Part shown: one piece after another, positions 1 to 10,459 of the stretch
Layout: each line of letters opens with the position of its first letter
Numbering within the stretch: the stretch's first letter is position 1
Translations under genes and position numbers: made by a program
Assembly: GCF_964194155.1 (NCBI RefSeq)
Contig: NW_027596304.1
Location: forward strand, 62,001 to 126,000
Direction: 5' to 3'
Source: Cetorhinus maximus
Taxonomy: Eukaryota
Length of the DNA: 64,000 bases
Notes under the pieces: generated by a model
Database searches by the model: none
What the model was told of the DNA's origin: nothing
The model's input: only the letters and a program-made list of their open reading frames with translations

Positions 1-869
1 GCTCTAGTGAGAAGCGGTAACATGAGGATTTCAACACTGCTGGCTTTTCAGTGGTATGATTTCCTATCTATCTGTCAATTCTGATCACCCTTAGCATCTG
101 TGGTGTTCCTTCTTTGTCTAAGCTGCTTTCTCTTTATTCATCCTCTTAAGGTTCTTTTTTTCACTGTTTTTGATAATGGTTTAATTGTTTAGGACTGTCT
201 CATTATATGGTCACTGTGAGTGTTTATAAGGTCAATAATTTTTTGTAATATGTTCTAATAACAACTCTTACAACCAGTTTACCTTGTTTTAGTATTCTCA
301 TCATCTGTATTTGTGTGAACTAGTTTATAAACTTTTCACAGAATGCTCTTATAATATATATATATATATTCCAAGTACACCATTGAAAGGCTATAGCCCC
401 GCCGCTTCGGCCCTTCATGAAGGTATCTGATAATGTTCACTTCGAATGCAATATAGTCCACTAGAGCTTAGTAACACACTGGACCAGGTTATCAAGATTC
501 TTTCTTAAAACCTCAATAACTCTAAATTACACTCTAACTTATCATTAATGAATATTACTGTCGTTTTAACATGTCTTTGCTAAAGGGTGAAACTTTATCA
601 CATAGACAGAATTTACATATTCTGATGTTTATTTTTTTCTGGAGATTGCCCATATCTGGTACTTGATTCCGAAAAGGGCATCTGAAATGTCAGTGAATTC
701 TCACACGATCAGGGCATGTTCCAATGGTCCTCTGATGTAACTGTATGTGCGAAGTAACCTGTATGAAGCATTTAACCGTTTTTTACGCATTAACAAAGAG
801 TGACCGCTGATTCAATTCTAAAGTAAATTGTCCTAATCATATTCAACCTCACTATTTCTATCTTCCATC

Positions 870-2370
870 ACAGGCTGCAGGGTCAGTGGTGGGAGAATGA
901 TGCACTATTGGAAGCGGCAAAAGTAGAGAGTGCTGCACAGTCGGTGGGTTAGGACAGATGGAGTGCTGCCCTGTCGCAGGGTCAGTGCTTAGGGAGTGCC
1001 GCATTGTCAGAGAATCAGTAATGAGGCAGTGCTGCAATGTCGTATGGTATGCATTAATCTGGTGCTGCACTGTCAGTGGTTCAGTATTGAGGTACTGTTC
1101 GACTGTGGGAGGGTCAATATTTAGACATTGATGCAGTGATTAGGAGGACATAGACAGTGAGAACTGATAGAAAAGGTGGGTCCGTAAAGAGGGGAATCTG
1201 CAGTGTTGGAGCGTCAACATTTCCAGAGTGCTGCACAGTGAGACGGTCAGTACTGATGGAGTTCTGCTTTATGGGAGAGGCCGTACTGTTGGAAAGCTGT
1301 GCTGTCAAAGGGTGCTGTGTAGAGGGAGTGCTGCACTGTCAGAGGGTGGGCAGAGAGGAGCACTGTACTATCGGAGGGTCAGTCTGAGGGTGCGGCACAC
1401 GGTGAGTGGTTCAATGCTGATGGAGTGCTGCACTGTTGGATGGCCAGTACTGTGAGCGTGCTGAACTGGCAGAGGATGAGTACTGAGGGAGCGACGGAAT
1501 GTCCGCGGGGGGAGCACTGAGGAAGCGCTGCACGATCATATTGTAAGTACTGAGGGATTGCTGGATTGCTGGAGGGTCAGTATTGAGGGAGTGTTGTACT
1601 ATCAGATGGAAACTGCTGAGGGATTGTTGTACTGCTGGAAGGTTAGTAGAGAGCGAGTGTAACACTGTCAGAAGGAGAGTACTGATGGAGTGCTGCACTT
1701 TTGCGTGGTTTATAATGAGACAGTGTTGAGCTGCCAGAGGGTCAATACTGAGGAAGCTCCACAGTTTTATAGGGGTAGCACTGAGGGAATGGTGCACTAT
1801 CAGATGGTCAGCATTGAGGGAGTGCTGCACTCTTGGAGGGTCAATATTGAGGGAGTGCTCTACGATCAAATGGTCAGTAATGAGGGAGTGCTGCACTGCT
1901 GGAGGCTCAGTGTTTATGGAGTGCTTCACTGCCAGAGAGTCAGTAGTGAGGGATTGCTGCACTGTTGAAGGTTCAATACTAGGCAGTGCTACATTGTCGG
2001 AAGGTCAGTACTGAGGTATGGCCGCACTATCACAGTTTCAATGCAGAGCGAGTGTGGCACTGTCATTGGTTCAGCACGGAAGGAGCGCCGCACTGTTAGC
2101 GGGTCAGAAATGCGGCAGTGCAGCACTGATAGAGGGTCAGAACTGAGGGACTGCTGCATTGATGTATGCTCAGTACAGTCACAGTGCAGAATTGTCAGAG
2201 GGTCAATACTGAGGGATCAGTGCACTGTAAGAGAGGCATCGTTGATGGAATGCAGCACTGAGGGAGGGTGAGTACTGAGGGAGAGATACATTGTCGGAGA
2301 ATCACAGTACTGATCAGTGTCATGGGTCGATACTGAGGTACCGCTGCCCTTTCAGAGGGTCAGCACTTAG
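870..2370 (+). repeat. 33-bp minisatellite array (consensus ~CAGTACTGAGGGAGTGCTGCACTGTCGGAGGGT), diverged
   Basis: Recurrent cagtactgagggagtgctgcactgt motif about every 33 bp. Overlapping ORFs show 11-aa periodicity (e.g. EGVLHCxRVSx). Confidence 0.9.
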
Positions 2371-2383
2371 ATAAAAGCCAGTT

Positions 2384-2700
2384 ATATCACCCCTCCTCGC
2401 ACTCTATAATTGAGATATCACATCGCTACACCGCCACATCTAGTGCACCAGATATTACATTCTTCCTCCCGCGGTATACCTGGATTATCACATCGCCGTA
2501 CCCCCACAGCTGGTGTACCCGTTGTATTACCTTTCCTCGTTCGAGAACATGGAATACCACACACCACCCCACGCAGCTCCTGATGTATCACCCTACTTCC
2601 TCGGTGCACCTGTAATGGGCGCCACACCCACTGTTGCTGCTATATTACCCTCCTGCCCTGGTGTGCCTGGAACACCCGCCAACCCCATGTACCTGTCTTA
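2384..2700. repeat. Degenerate ~60-70-bp tandem repeat (about 5 copies)
   Basis: Recurring (a/g)tat(c/t)accc..ttcctc...cac(a)cc motif. Highly diverged. Confidence 0.35.
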
Positions 2701-3015
2701 TCCCTCCCCCGGCCAATGACAGATGCCATCCCTCCTTGCTGTTGCTGCTTTTGTTGATGCCCTGTTTCCTTTGAAAACCAGGAGTGGGCGGGCTCATTAC
2801 TGACACGACCCTTTATTTCTCTGTGCTCCAGTCAGTATGGGCCTCTGTGCAGGGCTGGAAAACAACATCATGTGGAACAGACTCTGTCCATTTGCTCTGT
2901 CACCATAAAGATAACAGCACAACCCTGCTCTTTGCCTGCTGTCGGCACAGTAACCGACCCTCCAGGAATAGAAATACAAAATTAAATGGACATTGTCAGT
3001 CAGTCAGTGTTAATG

Positions 3016-3914
3016 TCATTCAATGGATTTAAGAATTGGAGTAAAGGGATATTTCAGCACATTCTTCAACTGCTCTCTGAACTTAGTCTGGGTCACGGCG
3101 TAAATGCCAGTGTTTGTGCAGCAGCTCAGGAGCTGCAACATGAAGCCCAATTCCATCACAATATAATCTAGGTCAACTTGCACATTCCCCAAGAATGATA
3201 TCCGGCTCCATATAGAATACAATATTAACAATGACCACAACAGGATGAAATTAGCCGAGATAACGAACAGTAAAATGATGGATTTCCTCCGACTCTCCAT
3301 CTCTGGGTCTCTGGGACTCTCCCCACTGCTTTGAGCCCGGAGTCTCCTGCGGGCTCTGCTGCTGACTAAAATGTGTCTAACGGTGAGAAGATTGAGCAGT
3401 AGAATCAAGGAAAATGGGACACAGGGGGTAAGGATGTGATGGAGAAATTCTATAGTCATCCAGACCGTAGAGAGCTGAACAGCAAATGATATATCGCAAA
3501 ACCAGGGCGCGTTCCTCAGAAAATACCCACCTCTGAGCATTAAGTACCAGATGATGTTCTTTAAACAGCTCAGCACAGTCACTGTTCCCAGAACAACAGC
3601 CGCTGTTTTCTCGGTACAATATTTAATTTTCAGATTGTGGAGACAAATAGCCACAAATCGATCAAAGGTGAAAGTGACAGTGAACCAGACAGAACAGTCA
3701 GTGGCGGCATATAGGAAGACAGCATGGATATTACACACAGGGATAGAATACAGGAAACGAAACTGTTCCGCAAAAACGATTGGAATGTGTCTCAATATCA
3801 GGTCGAGGATAACGACCAGTAGATCTGCCGCTGACATGGCGACCAGGTAGCGAGAGACACATTTTGATAGACCGCAGTTTCCCCGAGACAGGATGACAAT
3901 TGACAATAAATTAA
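3016..3914 (-). CDS. GPR139-like class A GPCR gene 1, exon 2 (end of TM1 to C-terminus)
   Basis: Open frame with hydrophobic helices and motifs YLVAMSAAD (TM2), PVC, SVWFTVTFTFDRFVAIC (TM3/DRF), PWFC (ECL2) and CCTNTGIY (TM7). Acceptor tctttcttccacacAG|TTAAT has its AG at 3916-3915, and phase 1 matches exon 1. Confidence 0.92.
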
Positions 3915-4559
3915 CTGTGTGGAAGAAAGATAAGCATGGAAATTAGCTTGGGAGAGAAGTGACCAGTTTGATTAAGCAAGTCTTGAAATGATGAATTGTG
4001 CTCTTCTTTCCTGAGCTGTGTAAATATGATTGTGCCGGAACGAACAAAGGAAAACCCAGTGATGATCTGGAAGGCTGGAGAGATTAAAGCAATAAAAGGT
4101 TTTTACAGCAATATTTGAATTCAAATCTATTGCAAATTCTGATATCCTTTCCCTGCATGGCTTAATATCATTTGACCCCTTACATTCAACCAGATCTAAG
4201 CAAACTTCTCGACCTTCCTACGATACAAGCTGAAATTGATGTGTCACAATGCTGAACGCTAAACTATGAGTTTTGGGTTGGACAGGTGTTTTTCTTCCAG
4301 CTGTGTAATCCTCCTTCCGCTGTCCTCCTCCTTAATCCGCCCAGGTGCTGGTAACGCACAGGCTGGTTTGCCTGGGTTACATACTGGGTTCTCCGTGGGC
4401 CAACAGTTTTGGGAGTGGATCAGAAACCCCGGGTTTCGGATTCCGAGGGAGGGCTGTTCCTGACAGGTCCACAACGCCTCCATGATCAAGGCTCATCGAC
4501 CTGAAACATCACATTTGCTTCCACGCTGCAGTTTCTCCCTGACATATGCAGCATTTAAA

Positions 4560-4770
4560 CAACAACAACAAAACCAACTAACATAATTAAAGCACCTTTA
4601 GTTTTACCAAACATTTCTAGGCGTTTGACAGGAGCAATATCGGACCAAATATTACAACGAGCTGAAGGAGAAGACATTGGCCCCATTAAACCAGGGCTGG
4701 AACACAGAGTTACATTTAACAAAAACGTTTTAAAAGGAAGAAAGAGAGGCGGGGATGGGAGAATATTGGA
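4560..4770 (-). mobile_element. LINE (L2-type) 3' end fragment in gene 1 intron
   Basis: (aac)n tail followed by aaagcacctttag...aggcgtttgacaggagc, resembling fish L2 3' termini as recalled. Confidence 0.45.
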
Positions 4771-4784
4771 GAGGATACAATCCA

Positions 4785-5150
4785 GTATAATGTAATCAAT
4801 ACAAACTCAATTGTCCAAATCAGAAGCAGTGCAAGAACAGAGAGACCTGGACATGTTTTTGCACAAACCTCTGCCGGGGGCAGGGCAGGATAAGAACGCT
4901 CTGCATACAGCTTATGATATGATTCACCCCCACAATGTGAATAGCGGCAGAGGGAACACAATGCACGGTTTTATAATAAATCTACGTAAAGCACTATTTT
5001 GATCCCGCTCTGTATGTTGTTTCCAACATCGGGCGCCACACTTTCAGAAAGATGTAAAGGTTTGGGAGGGAGTACAGGTGCTATTTACCAGAGTGGATCC
5101 AGTGATGTAGGATACATGGACAGACAAGAGAAGCTGCAGTTGTTCTTGTC
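4785..5150 (+). mobile_element. CR1-like LINE fragment in gene 1 intron
   Basis: Degenerate RT C-terminal coding remnant (QEQRDLDMFLHK-like) similar to other CR1 copies in the window. Confidence 0.5.
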
Positions 5151-5675
5151 CCAACTGCACCCCACCTCTTACCACAACTCCAGCTTGACATGGATGCTGG
5201 GCGCAAGCAGGGATGAGACAGCTCCGGGGCAGTGGGTGCCCTGGAGATAGGGACATGGAAAGTGGAAAGGGAGTGGGCCTTGCGTTATGGTCTGCTGGAG
5301 GCTGTTGGCAAAATTCAGTCTAGGGAAGAAACTGAGGAGACTAAATTGTGGCACAGAACTGCTCATCTGTGGGCCCGAATTGGGGATGTTGGCTGGCAGT
5401 TTGCGTGTGACTCAATTTCAATTCTCCCCGCCGGGTGCGAAGCCTGACAACCCCCTTGACAATGCAAGAAGGGAGGGCCAACTGAGCCCTCAAGTTCAGC
5501 CATAACCCGCAACGTTAGAAATGAGCAGATAAGAAGTCTGGGGTCCGTGGATCAGGAATAGAGTTATTGATCAGAACTTCACACAATGACACTTGTCTTA
5601 CCAGAATTTAGACGACATGCACTGTAATGAAGTTAAACATGCTTCACAAGTTAATGTCAGAATGTAAAGACTTAC

Positions 5676-5940
5676 CAGGGACACCGAGAATAGCGAGGAT
5701 GGGATAGTAAACTCCTTGAATAACCAAAAGCGCACATAAAATGCGCCATTTTAATGTTATCCAATGATCTTCTGCAGAAAGTAAGTTTAGCGCCGTGGTG
5801 AAGCTCCTGCTGATTGTTGTAACATTACAATCTATTCTTCTCAGGTCCTGATCCATTGTTGTAACATTCCAATCTATTATTCTCAGGTCCTGATCCATTG
5901 TTGTAACATTCCAATCTATTATTCTCAGGTCCTGATCCAT
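5676..5940 (-). CDS. GPR139-like GPCR gene 1, exon 1 (N-terminus and start of TM1)
   Basis: ATG at 5940 in ACAATGG context, 88 codons + 1 nt ending YYPILAILGVP, then donor G|GTAAG at 5675. Splices in frame to 3914 to give GVP-VNLLSIVILSRG, 387 aa in total. Confidence 0.88.
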
Positions 5941-6012
5941 TGTTGTAACATTCCAATCTATTCTTCTCAGGTTCTGATCTATTGTTGTAATATTCCAATC
6001 TATTGTTCTCAG
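5813..6012 (-). repeat. 42-bp tandem repeat (~4.8 copies) spanning the 5'UTR and N-terminal coding region of gene 1
   Basis: Unit attgttgtaacattccaatctatt(a/c)ttctcaggtcctgatcc starts at 5813, 5855, 5897, 5939 and 5981. It encodes MDQDLRIIDWNVTT. Confidence 0.95.
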
Positions 6013-6120
6013 AGTCTGTACTCTCCTCTCCTTTGCCTCCCCATTAAGCCGATGATCCCGGCTTGTTGCGGATGGAATGCTCCTGATAATACTGTGGGAT
6101 AACGCATTGAAACGCGCAGC

Positions 6121-6203
6121 TTATAAATAGAAGAGGGCAAACTGTCAGAGGCACAGTTAAATTCCATGGAGAGTGACATTAATTACAGCCACCGAACAAA
6201 CAG
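6121..6203 (-). promoter_or_regulatory. Putative core promoter of gene 1 (TATA-like box, homeodomain-type site, O/E-like site)
   Basis: Minus strand reads CTGTTTGTTC (6203-6194), TAATTAATG (6185-6177), TCTCCATGGAA (6172-6162) and TATTTATAA (6129-6121), about 180 bp upstream of the ATG. Confidence 0.4.
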
Positions 6204-7594
6204 TTTCAGTTAACCCATTTCATTCCAGCACTCTTGTGTCCGAACAGAGATGTACGAGTTTTGCTGAGTGAAGGGTGATTGTTTTAGCGAAGGCACTGAT
6301 CATAATCTTTCATTCTTCCTTGTATACGTGAGTGACGCCCGATGATTGGAAGCTTGTAAATGTTCCACCCTGCTTTGAATATAGAACAGAAACTCTAACT
6401 GCAGCCCGGCAGTCGAATGACGCTGGTGGCTCAATTTCTACAGGCAATGATGAAGGGCAAAAATCGAGGCCGTTCTGTAAACAATGTATAGGTTCATAGA
6501 ATATAAGGGAAATGGGAATATTAATAGAAAAGCAAACGTGTCTGATGAATTGGATTGGGGCCGCTTCCAGAATAGCTGAAAGTGATGATGATAGTCCGTT
6601 TATTGTCATATAGATAGTATTGCCATCGGCGTGCGGTCAGACGTCATTAGTTAGAAATGTAATGGAAACAGAAACCCATGGGGTAAAGAGGCAGCTGTAG
6701 AGTGGTTGTGATATGTGATACTGTGATACTGTGCACCCTTCTGCAATCTTCAATCCCTTACAGTACTGTTCAATATTCAGAATTCTTCAATCTGTTTCAA
6801 GATGCTGCCATGCAGTAACAGAACTTCTCTGAGACTGGAAAAGAGCTGTGCCTGTAGTGGCGGTGAGCCGCCAGCAGAGGGTAGGGTTGTATCACTTTAA
6901 TCTGAAGACGATGAAACGGGTTTGACAAGAGAATTTCACCCTTTTCAAATTCATTCCTTGATCAAACGATCCAAAGAGACAAAAACTCTGACAATAGATG
7001 CGAGTCCAGGCTGAGGCAGTCATTATCGAATTGGGATGGAAGCCTTTTATAGCCCATGTGAAGTGACATTGATGTCTGAATACACGTTGATGAAATAATG
7101 ATACAGACTAACATGATTGCGGAGGCTTCTATTGGGCATGATCAGTCTGACTGGAGGGAATTAATTTGATTTGAATTATTGTGCTCGGAAGTGGAGGTCC
7201 AGCTTGTTATTGGGTGTTGTGTCCACAGGAATCAATTTGAGTTTTGCTGTGGAGGGAGACTTTGTGCTGGGGGTGATGGGAGTCACTTTCTGATTGGTCT
7301 GGGGGGCAGTTACATGGTACTTTGTGTGAGATGCTGATATATGGGCTTTTCAAACAGAGGCTCCAGGTAGAATAATCCCACCCTACACTTTCCCGAAGCC
7401 CAATATCTAATCTAGGTGGTAGCCGGAGTCTTTTCCCAGTTCACAGTATATCTCTGACAGCGGCTGAGGATGTCTCACCCTGTGTCAGTCAGAGACTTCT
7501 GGTTAACCTCTCTCACTGGACCTCCTGTGGAGATCTGGGTCGGGCAGAGCATGAGGAGTGAGCGTGTTCTGTTTGTGAAATCATTCAGTTCAGC

Positions 7595-8497
7595 TCAGCA
7601 TTGAATGAGTTTTAGAATTGGAGTAAAGGGGAATTTCAGCCCAGCCTTCAGCTGCTCTTTGAACTTAGTCTGGGTGACTGCATCCAAACTAGCCTTTGTG
7701 CAGCAGGTCAGGAGCTACAGCATGAAGCCTATTTCCCGAATATAAAGTTGTGGTCTTACATAAATGTAGCCCAAAACTACCATTCGCCACCATAGGGAAA
7801 ACATCGTGAAGACAGCACATAACAGGATGCAATTTCCTGAGATAATAAACAGTAAAATTAAGGATTTCCTTCGACTCTCCATCTCTGGGTCTCTGGGACT
7901 CTCCCCACTGCTCTGAGCCCGGAGTCTCCTGCGGCCTCTGCTCCGCACTAAACTATACCTGACCGTTAAAGCATTGAGCACTAAAACCAGGAAAAATTGG
8001 ACTCCCGGCGTTACAATGTAATGAAGAATCTCGATTGCTGCCCATGTCCGTGAATTCTGAACATCCAATGACACAAAACAAAACCAGGGGAAATTCATGC
8101 CCCAATACCGAGCCGTATACATAAAATACCAGAACACATTCTTCAAACAGCCCAACAAACTGACTGTTCCCAGAACCACAGATGCAGTATTTATGTCGCA
8201 ATATTTTGCTCTTAACTTACTGCAACAAATAGCCACAAATCGATCGAATGTAAAAGTGACAGTGAACCAGACAGAACAGTCTGTGACTGTGTAAAGCAGA
8301 ACAGCATGGATATTACACACGGGAATAAAAAAACAGGAACATAAACTCGATAGTATAACGAATTGGAAGATGCTTCAGAATCAGATCAATGATAACGACC
8401 AATTTATCTGCTCCTCGCATGGCCACAAGATAGTAAGTGGCACATTTCGAGAGACCGCACTTTCCCCGAGAAATAACCACTATCGTCAGTACATTAA
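7595..8497 (-). pseudogene. GPR139-like GPCR pseudogene 2 (exon 2)
   Basis: Colinear with gene 1 exon 2 (DCSVWFTVTFTFDRFVAICC, PWFC, RDPEMESRRKS). Lesions: acceptor reads cacAT instead of cacAG (8499-8498), +1 frameshift in a T7 run (8327-8333), and in-frame TAG at 7717-7715. The natural stop is at 7597-7595. Confidence 0.88.
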
Positions 8498-8889
8498 ATG
8501 TGAGGAAGGGAGACAAACAGATAAATTAATCTTCAGGCTGGGACGAGTTACCAGTTTAACAGAATATGGTTGCATTTTTTAAATGCCTCGTTGTACCCAG
8601 TTATATCTGCAAATGCTTCTGCCCATGACACCGCTATCATCTGCAGAAAGCTTTTCTTTTTAAATAATGTAGACCACTCAATGTTTATTAAAATCCGGAA
8701 TGGGTTAATCCATCAGCACAAGTCGCACCTCAAAATGAGTTAAGAACGTGGCAAAACGACATTAATATACTGGAACTCAAACAGCGGAGTCCAATGCGAC
8801 TGGATGAAATAAGACAGCCCTCAATCAAACGATCAGATTAAAGCACTGCATTTCTGCAAAATGTAATGTTGGTTCCAATAAAACATAAT

Positions 8890-9410
8890 ATTAAGACCGG
8901 GGGAGGAGGCTCTGCAAACACCCACATCCTCAATGATCTGGGCGCACAGCAGGTCAGCACAAAAGACTCGGCTGCAAGATTTGAAACCATATTCGCCAGA
9001 AGGCCCGAGTGGATGATCCATCCCGGCCTCCACCTCAATTCCTCTGAATCGCAGATGCCAGACTGAAGACACTCGATTCACTTCGATAATATCAAGGTAC
9101 TTGTGAAGTCTCTGAGCACAGCAAAGGCCCAGGGGCTGACTGCATCACAGCCTGAACATTGAGGACTTGTGCCCCAGAATTAGCCGCAGCTCCAGCCAAG
9201 CTGCTGTAGGACAACTACGTGGCAGGCACCTTCTGGGAGAAGAGGGTAATTGGCCTGATATGTCCTGTACACACGAACACACACAAAGTATGGAAAAGCG
9301 GGATCAATCTCAGTCATCAACAATGTGATGGAAGGTGTGACAGGCTTGAAAGCAGGCGCCACTTATACATGTCTAACCTAGGATCTGAGACTCACTTGAT
9401 TTAGTCCATA
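8890..9410 (+). mobile_element. LINE (L2/CR1 supergroup) internal ORF2 fragment
   Basis: Translates as GGGSANTHILNDLGAQQVSTKD...FETIF. Reverse-complement homolog of sequence around 13100-13600. Confidence 0.7.
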
Positions 9411-9414
9411 TCTC

Positions 9415-10455
9415 ATGAACCAGAAGACTTGGAGACTGCTGCAGCAGATCGTGTATGATCTGATTGTAACTCAACTCCACAGCCCTGCCTATCCTTGAAA
9501 ATCTCTTACCTCCATTGCTTATCAAAGACCGATCCACCTCTGCCTTAAAAGAATTCAAAGACTCTTCACCAACCACCTTTTGAGAAACAGAGTTCCAAAG
9601 GCTCATGACCCTCTGAGAGAAAGAAAAACTCTCCTCATCTCTGTCCTCAATGGGTGACGCCTTATTATTAAACAGTGGGCCCCAGTTCTAATTTCTCTCA
9701 CAGCAGGAAGGATCCTCTGCAGATTGACCCTGCCATGATCCCTCAGAATCTTTTATCTTTCATTCACTCTTCTGAACTCCAGTGGATACAAGATTAGCCT
9801 GCCCAATCTTTCCTCATCAGAAAACCCGCCCATTCAAGATATTAGTCTCTTAAACCTTCTCTGAATGGCTTCCAACGCATTACATCCTTCCTTAAATAAC
9901 GAGACCAATACTGTACACAACACCCCACTTGTTTTCTCACCAGTGCTCTGTGCAACTCAAATATAACCTCCCTACTATTGCATTCAAAACCCCTCGCAAT
10001 AAATGATAAACTTCTATTAAGTTTCCTATTTACCTGCGGTATCTACATACTAGCCTTTAGTGATTCCTGCACTAGAACACCGCGACACCTCTGCATCTCA
10101 GAGCTCTGCAATCCCTCACCATTTGGATGATAAGATTCTTGTTTAAATACATTTTCCTGAAAACATTGACAATTTCACATTTTCCCATGTTATTCTCCTT
10201 TAGCCACGCATTTGACGACTCACTTAACCTATCTACATGCCTTGTAGCCTCCTTATGTCCTCTTCACAACTTACTATTCTCCCAATCTTTGTGTCATCAG
10301 CAAATTTACTAAGTACCTTCATTTAATCGTTCATATAAATTTTAAAAAATTAGCGCCCTACACTGATCGCTTTGGCAGACCACTCATTAGATCTGGCCAA
10401 TTAGAAGAAGACCCATTTCTGCCAATCCACTGTTTCCTTTTAGATTATTGTTTAC
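9415..10455 (-). mobile_element. CR1-like LINE 3' fragment
   Basis: Minus strand encodes SLWNSVSQKVVGEESLNSFKAEVDR, typical of the CR1 ORF2 C-terminus, and matches the 3' ends of other CR1 copies here. Confidence 0.8.
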
Positions 10456-10459
10456 ATTG

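Noticed and set aside
1-860. AT-rich sequence that could be a decayed element or exon
   Set aside because: No ORF, motif or repeat could be recognised apart from a short (TA)n at ~352-369.
858-2370. Cys/His-rich ORFs with 11-aa periodicity (also at 24.3-25.5, 27.5-28.6 and 32.5-33.7 kb) that resemble zinc-finger repeats
   Set aside because: They are translations of the 33-bp minisatellite, open on both strands in several frames, with no splice or codon evidence.
3016-5940. Assigning the symbol GPR139 or GPR142
   Set aside because: Similarity is at family level only, and multiple divergent paralogs argue against one-to-one orthology without a phylogeny.
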